A DNA stretch of 64,000 bases from Eledone cirrhosa (GCA_964016885.1 OZ024748.1:38812001-38876000); one strand, 5' to 3'. Shown: positions 1 to 16,587, numbered from the stretch's first letter. Program-made: numbers and translations. Notes: generated by a model from the letters alone, not told the origin.

Positions 1-160
1 ATTAAACATCAATGCTATGTATTAAAGTACATATACATCTGTAACACGTGTCTCTACATGTTCACTCTTCATGTGTAAATATATATATAAACAGTTTAGG
101 ATCAAATATATTGTAACATTTTATTTACATATCAATTTTACTCTGTACACACATACTCTT

Positions 161-162
<2 letters not shown>

Positions 163-210
<48 letters not shown>

Positions 211-361
211 GCACACATAGAAACACACACATACACACGCACACAGACACACGTGCATGTGTTTACATATACATGCAAATATATATTTGTGTAAAAATAC
301 AAATAATGTATGTGTGTATGTACTGACGCCTGTGTGAGTATGTACCTATGTTTATCGACCG

Positions 362-402
<41 letters not shown>

Positions 403-1560
403 TGTGTGCGTGTGTGTGTGTGTGCGTGTGTGTGTGTGTGTGTGTGTGCAATTGTAGGTGAGTGTGTATGTCTGTGTGTGTGTGTCAGTTTGTTTATGTG
501 TGTAGTATGTGTGTTGTAGGTAAGGTGTGTATGTGTGTGGTGTAGGTAAGGTGTGTATGTGAGTCTCTATGTATGTGTGTAGACTGTAAAATATTTTCAC
601 AACAGAACTAGACAGGGGTGAATCAATAGAGGAGGACATGGAATACTGTTGCTTAGTGAAACAACAGCAACAACAACAATGGCAACACAACAGCAACAAT
701 GGCAACAATGGCAACAACAACAGCAACAACAACAGCAACAATGGCAACAACAACAGCAACAACAATAACAACAACAACAGCAACAATGGCAACAACAACA
801 TCAACAACAATAGCAACAATGGCAACAACAACATCAACAACAATAGCAACAATGGCAACAACAACATCAACAACAATAGCAATAACAACAACAGCAACAA
901 TGGCAACAACAACAGCAACAACAATAGCAACAACAACAGCAACAATGGCAACAACAACAGCAACAACAACAGCAACAATGGCAACAATAACAGCAACAAC
1001 AACGGCAACAACAACAGCAACAACAACAGCAACAACAACAGCAACAATGGCAACAATAACAGCAACAACAATGGCAACAACAACAACAACAACAGCAACA
1101 ACAATAGGAATAACAACAGCAACTGTAACATCTACAACAACAAACTGAATGTTTATACATCAGAAAAAAAGGGATTACACCAACAACAACAGCAATGACG
1201 CCATTACAACAACAACAAAGACAACACTAGCAACAACAACAACAACAGTAATGACGCCATTACAACAACAATAACAACAACAACAGCAATGTCGCCATTA
1301 CAACAGCATTACAACAACAACATCAGCAATGACGCCATTACAACAACATTATAACAAGAGCAATGACGCCATTACAACAACATTATAACAAGAGCAATGA
1401 CGCCATTACAACAACATTACAACAACAGCAATGTCGCCATTACAACAACATTATAACAACAACAACAACAATATCAGCAATAATTACTAAAACAACAAGA
1501 AAAACAACTGCAAAATTACGAGAACATTTACAATAACAAAGACAGCAACATGTTCTTGTA
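163..1560. repeat. Compound microsatellite field: (CA)n/(TG)n followed by degenerate (CAA/CAG)n
   Basis: Direct reading. The poly-N/T/L ORFs here are translations of the repeat. Confidence 0.95.
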
Positions 1561-2086
1561 CAGCAATAACATGTAGAAACATAATTACTTCAGTTGATGG
1601 GGGTGGTGGTGGTGTAGTGGTGATGGTGGTGGTGTGGTGTGGTGGTGGTGGTTGTGGTGGTGGTGGTGGTGATTGAAGGGGTGTGTGTGAGAGGATGGTG
1701 GGCGAGTGGTGGAGTAGTGGGGTGAGGGTGTAGTATTACGTAAAATGAACGCCGCTGTAACAACAGGTGTATAGTGTTAAGAGGTAGTAGTGATGGTAGT
1801 GGTGGTGAGGGTGGGGGACTGTGATGGTGGTGGTGGCTTTGTTGTTATTGGTGGTGGGGGAGAGGGGCGATTTTGATGGTGGGGGACGGGGTTGTTATTA
1901 ATAGTGGTGGTGGTAGTGTGGAGGTGGGCGGTGTTGTTATTATTAGTGGTGGTGGTAGTGTGGAGGGACGGGGTTGTTATTATTAGTGGTGGTGATGGTA
2001 GTGTGGGGGCGCGGTGTTGTAATTAATAGTGGTGGTGGTGTTTGTATTATGTTGATAACATTTCATTCATGAGAAAACCAGCTTCT

Positions 2087-2294
2087 TGGAATAGTAGAGC
2101 GTCGGACAAGATCCTTTGTGGCACAGAGTTACGGCTCTTTATATTCTGAATTCAAATCCCGTCAAGGTTAGCTTTGCTTTTCATCCTTACGGGGTCGATA
2201 AAATAAAGTACCAGTAACGCACTGGTATCGTTTTAACTGACTTTTCCTTTCACCAAAAATTGTTGGCCTTGTGCCTAAAGTAGAAACTATTATT
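2087..2294 (+). mobile_element. tRNA-derived SINE with Nin/Deu-type core (octopus-like family)
   Basis: B-box-like GAATTCAAATCCC, core CTTTCATCCTTACGGGGTCGATAAAATAAAGTACCAGT, tail GGCCTTGTGCCTAAAGTAGAAAC. Eleven related copies in the window. Confidence 0.85.
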
Positions 2295-2309
2295 TTTGAC
2301 AGACATTTT

Positions 2310-2505
2310 ATACAGAACAACATTAGTTTATATAGGACAACATTAGTTTATATAGGACAACATTCGTTTATATAGGACAACATTAGTTTCTATAGGACAA
2401 CATTAGTTTATATAGGACAACATTAGTTTATATAGTACAACATTAGTTTATATAGGACAACATTAGTTTATATAGTACAACATTAGTTTATATAGGACAA
2501 CATTA
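2310..2505. repeat. 20-bp tandem minisatellite TATAGGACAACATTAGTTTA, about 9 copies
   Basis: Direct reading. Confidence 0.95.
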
Positions 2506-3267
2506 ACAACAAAAACAACAACTAAACGGCAGTAGTGGTGAATTTCGAGTGATATTTGGCTGTTATTTCGAGCGGCCATATCACCAAACGGGAGACTATC
2601 CCGGTTTCGTAGGAGTTAAAGCAACTCAGTACACCTGAAATTCACATCACAATTAACTCACGCCCACCACTACCACAACCACCACTACACACTATTACCA
2701 CCACAACCACCACCACAACCACCACTACACACTATCACCACCACAACCACCACCACCCCACCACCACCACACCACCACCACTACCACTACCACCACCCCA
2801 CCACCACCACTACACACTATCACCACCACCACCACTACCACCACCACCATCACCACCACTACACACTATCAACACCACAACCACCACAACCACCACCACC
2901 ATCACCACCACTACCAACACCACCACAACCACCACCACCACCACCACAACCACCACCACCACTACCAACACCACCACCCCACCACCACCACCACCACCAC
3001 CACTACCACCCCACCAGTGGCTGTTGTGACCCTCACATTATGAAACAAGTGAAGGAAGACCCGACTGCCTGGTCCAAAAGTCGATCCTATGACCTTAGTA
3101 TTGTATCTAGAACATTCTGGAGATAGACGCTGGACTAAAGTTAAAGGTGAACTTCGTCAGAACATTCTTACATTCTCCTGTCTCATTCTCATTGATTTTC
3201 GTTGGATTTCAAAGTATTTTCAACATTACCGAAAGGCCAGCCCGGGATTACCACCAAGGCCATATGT

Positions 3268-3350
3268 ATACAGGATGTCCCCAAAAAATGTATACACACT
3301 TCAACAGCATTCTAATTCTAATCAGAGTATTTACACATTTTTGGGGCTAC
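3268..3350. mobile_element. Short Tc1/mariner-like MITE
   Basis: Terminus TACAGGATGTCCCCAAAAAATGTATACAC with an imperfect inverted end. Related copies at about 29028-29130 and 37541-37600. Confidence 0.55.
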
Positions 3351-4400
3351 CGGTCCCCGATCTCACTAGCTTTGCCGGCGTATCTTTCGTCGGTAACCTC
3401 GTGCCGCGTCCTCGTCAGCAGGGTTCTTCAAAACACAACAGAACCCTCTGTGTTCAGAGAACGTGAGGCCGCCTGTGAGACGTGGGACCGGCTGGGACTT
3501 AGCCCAGTAGACGTCCCTCCTCCTTCTCCCCCTGTTGACGTCAAGTTCCCCCAACGCACTTGGGATGCCATCCAGTGCAGCCTGGCCTCAGACAGACTCA
3601 CGCGCCAGCTCGACCAGCACCGCCTTGCTTGTTTTCGTGCGGCCTCCAAACCCCACAGTGCTGCCTGGCTCCATGCTCTGCCCTCCTTCTCCACTGGCAC
3701 GCAGCTAGACAACCATAGCCTGCGAATCCGCGTTTTCCTGAGGCTCGGCCTCCGGATCTGCCAACCACACCAATGTCGCTGCGGTTCCCCCGTGGACTCT
3801 TTCGGCCTTCACCCGCTTTCCTGTCGCCACAGTGCCGGCCGCATTCCACGCCATACTGCCCTCAACGAGGTCATTAAGCATGGCTTGGACGCTGCAGGCA
3901 TCCCTTCCCAGCTCGAGCCGGTGGGGCTGGATCGAGGGGACGGCAAAAGGCCAGATGGCATGACCATCTTCCCGTTCTGCGGTGGCAAACCCCTCGTCTG
4001 GGATGCCACTTGCACTGACACTTTCTGCAGCCGCAACCTGGTGCAGTCTGCGACTGACCCAGGTTGTGCTGCACGTCGGGCTGAGGAGGGGGGGGGGGGC
4101 AAACTCCTCAAATACCGGTCGCTCTCCGACAGGTTTGCGGTCGTTCCCCTGGCAGTGGAAACTTCTCGTGTCCTCGGCCCCAGGGCTACCTCCTTACTCA
4201 CCACCATAGGCGCTGAACTGGCCAGCCGCAGGTGTGAGCCCCGCAATTTGGAGTGGCTTTTCCAGCGCGTCTCCCTTGCCGTCCTCCGGGGAAACGCCTT
4301 CTCCATTCTGTCCGCCGGGGCTGTGGGTGGGCCCCATCGCGTACCAATACATTAGTTTAATTTATCATACTTATGTCGTCCACCAACAACTCAACCTTAC
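3350..4400 (+). mobile_element. 5'-truncated non-LTR retrotransposon, CRE-like clade (zinc knuckle plus restriction-like endonuclease)
   Basis: ORF 3147..4355 contains CRCG...GLHPLSC, RIPRH, KRPDG, LVWDATCTDT, PLAVET and WLFQRVSLAVLRGNA, typical of RLE-bearing CRE-type elements. No RT core is present. The block is GC-rich, and the ORF start runs through unrelated upstream DNA. Confidence 0.8.
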
Positions 4401-4598
4401 ACTCCATAAAATGTTATAAATGGGTTTATAAAGAACAGAATGAGATAAACAAGACAAAGTTAGATAAAATATTAGCAGAAGGGATATTCAATTTGCTGAT
4501 AATTCAACAAATAGAAAGGTTTACAACTGATTCAGATTTTCTGGAGTATAATATACAATGATATTAATAAATGGAAACTATATTTATAAAACCATATT

Positions 4599-4660
4599 TA
4601 TTCTATTATATATATTTCAAGGGTACCAACAATTTTGGTACGCTATCATCAGATAAAATA
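4599..4660 (-). ncRNA. Type I minimal hammerhead ribozyme
   Basis: Minus strand: TATTTTAT-CTGATGA-stem II (GTACCAA/TTGGTAC)-GAAA-TATATA-TA-ATAGAATA. 8-bp stem I, palindromic stem III, AUA triplet. Confidence 0.8.
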
Positions 4661-4718
4661 CGAAGTGTGTTTTATGAATTTTGACATAACCAAGGAAAAT
4701 ATAGCTTAACGGTTCAAG

Positions 4719-4763
<45 letters not shown>

Positions 4764-4955
4764 ATTGGATCCATTACCAAAGATTTCTGGATCCCAGACA
4801 ATAATAATATACGTTTGGATCGGTTGTCATCGTCTGGGAACCAGAAACCTTTTGTAATAGAGTAGTTATTTTTGGTGTTGTTTACTTTCTAATTAAATAG
4901 CTCTGTTCTATACGTAGAGCACTCTTTTTTCTTTTGCTTTTCCTTCGGAATTACC

Positions 4956-5020
<65 letters not shown>

Positions 5021-5024
<4 letters not shown>

Positions 5025-5243
5025 GACAGGGGGGAAGAAAAAATGGCTTCACTTGTGCTTTCAACAAATTTATTTTCTTCACAAAATCCAAAAAAATTTT
5101 TCTTAAAAAAAATGATTTTATAAATTAAGTTGTTGGTTTATAAAATAATTTTTTTTAAGAAAAATTCTTTTTGGATTTTGTGAAGAAAATAAATTTGTTG
5201 AAAGCACAAGTGAAGCCATTTTTTCTTCCCCCCTGTCTTAATA
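5021..5243. repeat. Fold-back element, about 105-bp arms and 12-nt spacer, adjoining (TA)n
   Basis: TTAAGACAGGGGGGAAG...TTTTATAAA is mirrored by TTTATAAAA...CTTCCCCCCTGTCTTAA. Confidence 0.9.
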
Positions 5244-6264
5244 TACCTAACTGTACCAAGGATTACACACATTTTCCAATATATATATATATATATATAC
5301 ATACACACTGGCTGTAATATAGGAAGGAGGTTACTCAAATGAACACAATACCCCCTCACCAGTAATCTACCAATTGAAGTAGGCCAATGACCTCTCCTCT
5401 TCATTTGTGATGTAGAGACGTAATGGGAATATAGTTACACATCTTTAATTACAATTATGGTTTTTTGTTAATTAAAAATCTGTTCTTTCTTAATAATCAG
5501 CCTCTAGTTGTCCTTTAGTTATTTGATGGCGACGATGATGATGATGGTGTAGAGGTGATGGTGTTGGTGATGATGGTAGTGGTGATGGTGATGGTGATGA
5601 TGGTGTAGAGGTGATGATGGTAGTGGTGATGGTGATGATGATGATGGTAGTGGTGATGGTGATGATGGTGTAGAGGTGATGGTGATGATGATGATGGTAG
5701 TGGTGATGGTGATGGTGATGGTGATGGTGATGGTGGTAGTGGTAGTGGTGATGGTGATGATGATGATGGTAGTGGTGGTGGTGATGATGATGATGATGGT
5801 AGTGGTGGTGGTGGTGGTGGTGATGATGATGATGGTAGTTCCCCCCCACACACACACTGCCCAGTCCCCCCCACACACACCCCACACCCCACCCCATCCC
5901 ACCCCCACTGTCTAGTTCCCCCACCCACACCGTCTATCCCCCTCCCCCACGCCAACACTTCTAGTTCCGCCGTCACCCCCCTACCTCCACCCCCCAACCC
6001 CCCACGTCTAGTTTCTGAAATAAAATACCATTTATTTGTTTCAATTTTATCAATAATTACGTTTTATTAATATTTTACACCAAATCTGTTTATCAGAACT
6101 TAGAACTAGACTTAATTGCTTCATAAGTCATTTAAATGTGGTTGTATATCATAGATTCAGTTGGATACACGTGTCAATGCAATATATTAGATTACACAAC
6201 TTTCATTTTAATGTCTCCTCAATAAAATTTTAGACTTGTCGTCTTATGTATGTATGAATGTATG

Positions 6265-6296
<32 letters not shown>

Positions 6297-6512
6297 TGCA
6301 TGTATGTATGTAGTATGTATCTATGTATGTATGTGTGTGTGTGTGTATATGTAAGAATGTGTGTCTATGTATGTATATATCTATGTATGTATGAGTGTAT
6401 GTATGTATATGTATGTATGTATGTATGTATATGTATGTAGTATGTATGTATGTATGACTATGTATGTATGTCTATGTAGGTATGTATGTATGTATGTTTG
6501 TATATATGTATG

Positions 6513-8475
<1,963 letters not shown>

Positions 8476-9033
8476 ATGTATGTATTTATGTATATATGTA
8501 TATATATATTATATATATACATATACACATACATATATTTATATATGTATATATTTATATATGTATATATATATTACACTCGTTCAGCGCATCGGTAGGG
8601 GTTCTCCTACATGGATATAAAGTAGTGGCCGTACTCGAAAACGAGTTGGCAGCCACCATATATGTATATATGTTAAACCACTGGGAGCGAAAGACCCCTA
8701 GCCTTTGTCAGGGCATTCTTCTAGGAGAAGGCAACTCAGGAAACTGGGAAAATTCTGATATAAAACCTGCGGCTCAGTAGTTACCGATGATGTTGATCTT
8801 TTCTTCTTTTCGGGTTATAGCTACTGTCGCTCAGAGAGTGGGATTGGCTCGGTGCCCAGTCTTTCCTCACTTTAAAAAATATCTTCACGCACAGGCATTG
8901 CACGATAGAATTAATTAATAATTATTAATAATGGTATATCGTGCAATGGCCATACTCGATAATGAGGGGGCAGCCATCATGTATATATGTATATACGTAT
9001 GTATGTATATATGTATGTATATACGTATGTATG

Positions 9034-9067
<34 letters not shown>

Positions 9068-9419
9068 TGTATGTATGTATGTATGTATATATGTGTGTAT
9101 GTATATATATATATGTATGTATGTATGTATATATGTATATATGTGTGTATGTATATATATATGTATGTATGTATGTATGTATATATGTGTGTATGTATAT
9201 ATGTATGTATGCATGGACCCGTAACATTTAGAGGCGTCGTAAGGGGTCACGATAATGCTACATGGCGTGTCCTGGTTATTTAACCGTGTCTTGGTTAGTT
9301 AACCGTGTCTTCCAAAGAGAGACTGATAAAGAGAAAACGAAAAACACTTATAGAGGAGAAATGAATCCAGTATTAAACTGGTATTTTTATGGACTTGGAA
9401 AGGATGGGACGCAACGTTG

Positions 9420-11868
9420 ACCTCTCCTATATTTCTATAGTTACCACCTGTGTTGTCACCTCTCCTATATGTCTATAGCTACCACCTGTATTGTCAGCTC
9501 CCCTATATTTTTATAGTTACTCCCTGTATTGTCACCTCTCCTATATTTCTATAGCTACCACCTGTGTTGGTCCCCTCTCCTATATTTCTATAGTTACCAC
9601 CTGTATTGTCACCTCTCCTATATTTCTATAGTTACCACCTGTATTGTCACCTCTCCTATATTTCTATAGCTACCACCTGTATTGTCACCTCTCCTATATT
9701 TCTATAGTTACTCCCTGTATTGTCACCTCTCCTATATGTCTATAGTTACCACCTGTATTGTCACCTCTCCTATATTTCTATAGTTACCCCCTGTATTGTC
9801 ACCTCTCCTATATTTCTATAGCTACCACCTGTATTGTCACCTCTCCTATATTTCTATAGTTACCACCTGTATTGTCACCTCTCCTATATTTCTATAGTTA
9901 CCACCTGTATTGTCACCTCTCCTATATTTCTATAGTTACCACCTGTATTGTCACCTCTCCTCTATTTCTATAGTTACTCCCTGTATTGTCACCTCTCCTA
10001 TATTTCTATAGCTACCACCTGTATTGTCACCTCTCCTCTATTTCTATAGTTACTCCCTGTATTGTCACCTCTCCTATATTTCTATAGTTACTACCTGTAT
10101 TGTCACCTCTCCTATATTTCTATAGTTACCACCTGTATTGTCACCTCTCCTATATTTCTATAGTTACCACCTGTATTGTCACCTCTCCTATATTTCTATA
10201 GTTACCACCTGTATTGTCACCTCTCCTATATTTCTATAGTTACTACCTGTATTGTCACCTCTCCTATATTTCTATAGTTACCACCTGTATTGTCACCTCT
10301 CCTATATTTCTATAGTTACCACCTGTATTGTCACCTCTCCTATATTTCTATAGTTACCACCTGTATTGTCACCTCTCCTATATTTCTATAGTTACCACCT
10401 GTATTGTCACCTCTCCTATATTTCTATAGTTACCACCTGTATTGTCACCTCTCCTATATTTCTATAGTTACCACCTGTATTGTCACCTCTCCTATATTTC
10501 TATAGTTACTACCTGTATTGTCACCTCTCCTATATTTCTATAGTTACCACCTGTATTGTCACCTCTCCTATATTTCTATAGTTACCACCTGTATTGTCAC
10601 CTCTCCTATATTTCTATAGTTACCACCTGTATTGTCACCTCTCCTATATTTCTATAGTTACCACCTGTATTGTCACCTCTCCTATATTTCTATAGTTACC
10701 ACCTGTATTGTCACCTCTCCTATATTTCTATAGTTACCACCTGTATTGTCACCTCTCCTATATTTCTATAGTTACCACCTGTATTGTCACCTCTCCTATA
10801 TTTCTATAGTTACCACCTGTATTGTCACCTCTCCTATATTTCTATAGTTACTACCTGTATTGTCACCTCTCCTATATTTCTATAGTTACCACCTGTATTG
10901 TCACCTCTCCTATATTTCTATAGTTACCACCTGTATTGTCACCTCTCCTATATTTCTATAGTTACCACCTGTATTGTCACCTCTCCTATATTTCTATAGT
11001 TACCACCTGTATTGTCACCTCTCCTATATTTCTATAGTTACTACCTGTATTGTCACCTCTCCTATATTTCTATAGTTACCACCTGTATTGTCATCTCTCC
11101 TATATTTCTATAGTTACCACCTGTATTGTCACCTCTCCTATATTTCTATAGTTACTACCTGTATTGTCACCTCTCCTATATTTCTATAGTTACCACATGT
11201 ATTGTCATCTCTCCTATATTTCTATAGTTACCACCTGTATTGTCAACTCTCCTATATTTCTATAGTTACTACCTGTATTGTCACCTCTCCTATATTTCTA
11301 TAGTTACCACATGTATTGTCACCTCTCCTATATTTCTATAGTTACCACCTGTGTTGGTCCCCTCTCCTATATTTCTATAGCTACCACCTGTATTGTCACC
11401 TCTCCTATATTTCTATAGTTACTACCTGTATTGTCACCTCTCCTCTATTTCTATAGTTACTCCCAGTATTGTCATCTCTCCTATATTTCTATAGTTACTA
11501 CCTGTGTTGGTCACCTCTCCTATATTTCTATAGTTACCACCTGTGTTGGTCACCTCTATGACAACAGTATATCTCCTATATTTCTATAGTTTCCACCTGT
11601 GTTGGTCACCTCTATAACAACAGTATATCTCCTATATTTCTATAGTTTCCACTTGTGTTGGTCACCTCTATAACAACAGTATATCTCCTATATTTCTATA
11701 GTTACCACCTGTGTTGGTCACCTCTATGACAACAGTATATCTCCTATATTTCTATAGTTTCGACCTGTGTTGGTCACCTCTATGACAACAGTATATCTCC
11801 TATATTTCTATAGTTTCCACCTGTGTTGGTCACCTCTATGACAACAGTATATCTCCTATATTTCTATA
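9420..11868. repeat. Satellite: about 55 copies of a 38-bp unit (CACCTCTCCTATATTTCTATAGTTACCACCTGTATTGT) ending in about 6 copies of a 56-bp variant
   Basis: Period 38 (e.g. 10501 and 10539). Period 56 from 11551 (11551, 11607, ...). Confidence 0.97.
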
Positions 11869-12199
11869 TAAGATCTGTCACTCTCTTTACAAGTAGCACA
11901 AACATGACAGAAAATGTCAGGTTGACATTTTTACAGTTATGAGACAAGGTAAATAAACGGCAATGACCTGCGAATGACCTGAGACTAAAATATGAACTTA
12001 TTAAAAATATTGTTAATTATACATAATTAGTAATATCTGAGAACCTGTAACAACTGTACATGTTGCTTAGAGTTCTGAAATCCTCAGTCAAAATGGTTTC
12101 TAGCCGACTCTCAAATCATCTGTGATGGAAATTCTTTGTTAATGAGTGTAGTATGTTTGATAGTTGGTAGGTGAAAGATTGGCAGGAATAGATACATGG

Positions 12200-13420
12200 G
12201 ATGTTGTGGTATGGTGGTGTGGTGGTGTGGTGGTGTGGTGGTGTGGTGTTGTGGTGTTGTGATGTTGTGGTGTGGTGGTGTGGTGGTGTGATGGTGTGGT
12301 GGTGTTGTGGTGTTGTGGTGTTGTGGTGTGGTGGTGTGGTGGTGTGGTGGTGTGGTGGTGTTGTGGTGTTGTGGTGTTGTGGTGTGGTGGTGTTGTGGTG
12401 TGGTGGTGTGGTGGTGTGGTGGTGTTGTGGTGTTGTGGTGTTGTGGTGTCGTGGTGTCGTGGTGTTGTGGTTTTGTGGTGTTGTGGTGTGGTGGTGTTGT
12501 GGTGGTTGATAGTGGTGTTGTTGTGGTGTTGTTGTGGTGTTGTGTTGTTGTTGTGGTGTTGTGGTGTTGTGGTGGTGTGGTGTTGTGGTCGTGGTGGTGT
12601 GGTCGTGTGGTGGTGTTGTGGTGTTGTGGTGTTGTGGTGTTGTGATGTTGTGGTGTTGTGGTGTGGTGGTGTGGTGGTGTTGTGGTGTTGTGGTGTTGTG
12701 ATGTTGTGGTGTTGTGGTGTTGTGGTGTGGTGGTGTTGTGGTGGTTGATAGTGGTGTTGTTGTGGTGTTGTTGTGGTGTTGTGTTGTTGTTGTGGTGTTG
12801 TGGTGGTGTGGTGTTGTGGTGTTGTGGTCGTGGTGGTGTGGTCGTGTGGTCGTGTGATGTTGTTGTGGTGGTGTTGTTGTGGTGGTGTGGTGGTGTTGTG
12901 GTGTTGTGGTGTTGAAAGAGAGGAGGAAAGGGTAAATAAAAATTATCTACCGTACACTTAATAACTACTACTACTACTACCACTACCACTACCACTACCA
13001 CAACCACTACTACTACTACTACTACCATATACACATGTTGTATTAAGACAATATTTATGTAGTTATACACTGTTGTTTCCAGCAGACGCCACCAACATCT
13101 TTAAACTATTACAAATCTCATCACCGCCACCATCACACCCCCACCACTCACCACCCCGCCGCCACCATCACACCCCCACCACTCACTACGCCACCGCCAC
13201 CTTCACACACCCACCACTCACCACCCAACCGCCACCATCACACCCCACCACTCACCACCCCACCGCCACCTTCACACCCCCACCGCTCACCACCCCACCG
13301 CCACCATCACACCCCGACCACTCACCACCACCACCACCACATTCACACCCCCACCACTCACCACCACCACCACCACACTCCACCACACCATCACCACCGC
13401 CACCACCACAATCACCACCG
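12200..13420. repeat. (GTG/TTG)n and (CAC)n low-complexity field
   Basis: Direct reading. Confidence 0.9.
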
Positions 13421-13859
13421 CCATTGACTGTCATCATCTACTATTTTCCCACGACTGTCGACCTAGTATCTTGGGGAGGTGGGGGTGAGGGTATCCTGGG
13501 GTGGGGGAGACAAGGTCTGTGGGGTGGATGGGGTGTATATCTTCTTGGGTAGGTGGGGTGATAGGTAGCGGAGTAATGTTTAATGTAAGAGAGGAGGGGG
13601 CGATGTAGCATGTGTCTCTTTGAGAATGTGTATATGTATATACATATATATATATATGTGTGTGTGTATGTATGTATATATATATATATATATATAGTGT
13701 GTGTGTGCGTATATACACACACAGATATATACATATGTGAGTGAGTGTAAGTGTAAACATAGCTACACATATACGCAAGATTATACAATAGGTATTCTCG
13801 TAGATACATCATGAGTTATACACGCATACAGACACATACATAAACACATATACACATAT

Positions 13860-14273
13860 ATACGCATATACCTTCATACATACAAATACATTTATACATA
13901 CAGATATACACTCATATACACATATACCTTCATACATACATGTATACCTTCATACATATATATATACATACCTTCATATATACATATATACCTTCATACA
14001 TATATGTATATACCTTTATATATATATATATACCTTCATTCATATATACATACCTTCATATATACATATATACCTTCATTCATATATACATACCTTCATA
14101 TATACATATATACCTTCATTCATATATACATACCTTCATATATATATATATACCTTCATTCATATATACATACCTTCATATATATATATACCTTCATTCA
14201 TACATATATACCTTCATACATATATATATATATTCATACATATATATATATATATACCTTCATTCATATATAT

Positions 14274-14321
<48 letters not shown>

Positions 14322-14860
14322 CATACATATATGCATACCTTCATATATATATATATATATATATGTACCTTCATACATACATATATGCACCTTTATACAT
14401 ATACATATCTTCATACATATATATACCTTCATATATACCTTCATATATACCTTCATATATATATATATACCTTCATACATATATACATACCTTCATACAT
14501 ACATATATACCTTCATATATATATATATACCTTCATACATATATACATACCTTCATACATACATATATACCTTCATACATATATACATACCTTCATACAT
14601 ACATATATACCTTCATACATATATACATACCTTCATACATACATATATACCTTCATACATACATATATACCTTCATACATATATACATACCTTCATACAT
14701 ACATATATAGCTTCATACATACATATATACCTTCATATATATATACCTTCATACATACATATATACATACCTTCATATATACATACTTCCATACATACAT
14801 ATATACCTTCATACATATATACATACCTTCATATATATATACCTTCATACACATATACCT
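13860..14860. repeat. Degenerate minisatellite of about 22 bp, TACCTTCATACATATATACATA
   Basis: Recurrent TACCTTCAT core with TA/CA-rich spacers. Confidence 0.9.
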
Positions 14861-14915
14861 TGCCGTATAATTCAACGTCAATGTCGTAAAGATGTTACAA
14901 CCGTGTACAAATCTA

Positions 14916-15105
14916 TAATTGTTTCTACTTTTGGCTCAAGGGCAGCAAATTACCCAGTACATTACTGGTACTTTATTTTATCGACTCCGTAAGGAGGAAA
15001 GGCAAAGTTAACCTCGGCGGGATTTGAACTCAGTCCGTAAGGGGACGTAACTGTGCTGCAAAGCATGGCGTCCGACCCTCTACCGATACTGCCAATCTCT
15101 CGCCC
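14916..15105 (-). mobile_element. Nin/Deu-type SINE
   Basis: Reverse complement of the core and B box (GGGATTTGAACTCAG). Confidence 0.85.
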
Positions 15106-15189
15106 CCTATCTAAAACAAATCTGTAATACATCAAATAAAGACAGAATTAATTTTATCATTACAAAGTAGGAAGTGATTGCGTGGGATG

Positions 15190-15520
15190 TCCCTTTACGT
15201 GGGTGTGACGCTACGTGGCTGCGACGTTATATGGATTTGACGTTAGGTGGGTGTGACGTTACGTGATTTTAACGTTACGCTCATGTGACGTTACGTGGCT
15301 GTGACGTTACGTGGATTTGACGTTACGTGGATATGACGTTACTTGTGTGAGGTTACGTGCATTTGACGTTACCTGACGTGACGTTATGGGGCTGCGACGT
15401 TACGGGGATTTGACGTTTCGTAGATGCGACGTTACGTGGATGCGATGATACGGGGATTTGACGTTACGTGGCAGCGACGTTACGTAGATGGAACGTTACG
15501 GGGATTTGACGTTTCGTGTA
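15190..15520. repeat. CpG-rich degenerate tandem repeat of about 17 bp (TGACGTTACGTGGATT-like)
   Basis: About 19 GACGTTACG-like cores. Confidence 0.85.
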
Positions 15521-15915
15521 ATATTTATTTCATCTAAATGTATGTACATGCCTCTGTGTGTATGTGTGCGCGCGCGTGATAGTGTGTGTGTGTTCCTATC
15601 TTCTCAAAAATACTTTGGTTCATTCATATTACTTTATGTGTGTGTATGTATATATATTTATATATAATGTGTGAATGTGTATATCTGTAGCCAGAACAAT
15701 ATTGTGGAGCAACATGGCCGCCTGGTAGCCACAGCATTCATGAAAGTATTAATTGAATAACAATAATTGCACTTTATACAAAAGTATTGAGTACGTTCTC
15801 TCTTGTTTCTTGTAAACATATTACACACGTACACATACACCTTCTGTATGTTGAAATGTGTGTATATACTTATGGGTTTCTGTGTGCACATCTATACTTA
15901 TGTATGTAAGTGTGA

Positions 15916-16008
<93 letters not shown>

Positions 16009-16587
16009 CGTTAATTTATATGGTCTGTGTCCGTTGTAGACTTAATAAAAGCGAAATAAAGGGAAGATTTTTGCTGAGACAGCTCTTAATATATTTAGTT
16101 TGATGTGTTTAGGTTTTCCATTTGATTGAAAGCCAGGCATTATTCAACACTTGAGAACACACGTAAGAAGCCATCTGCTTGTTTCATGTCTGCACAGGAA
16201 TTATTTCCAATGATAAGAAAATGTTGAACGAAAGATTTTTAGCAACGAAATATTAGCTCACTGCTCTTAAGTTGGAAAAATATACGCGTCGAAAATTCTA
16301 GAAAACAATTTGCCATCATTGTTAATGGCGAGATGGTAAGATAGAACACTTCACTTTACTGATAAAAATAATGGAGCCATACGTGTGTAAAGGCGATGGC
16401 TGGTTTAGAGAGAATGTGGTGATGGTGGTGGTGGTGGTGGTAGTGGCGGTAATGGTGGTAGTGTTTGCGGTGGTGGTAGTCGCGGTAATGGTGGTGGTGG
16501 TAGGGGGGGTTAGGGATATGGTTGGGGTTCAGCTTGTGATTGAAGTTGGTGCTTGAGAAAATTATAAAATGTGTGTTTGCATGCGGC

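Noticed and set aside
263-1198. Long poly-L/N/T/C ORFs, and the many YI/HT/VC/SL-repeat ORFs across the window
   Set aside because: They are translations of microsatellites that lack stop codons, with no domain content or splice support.
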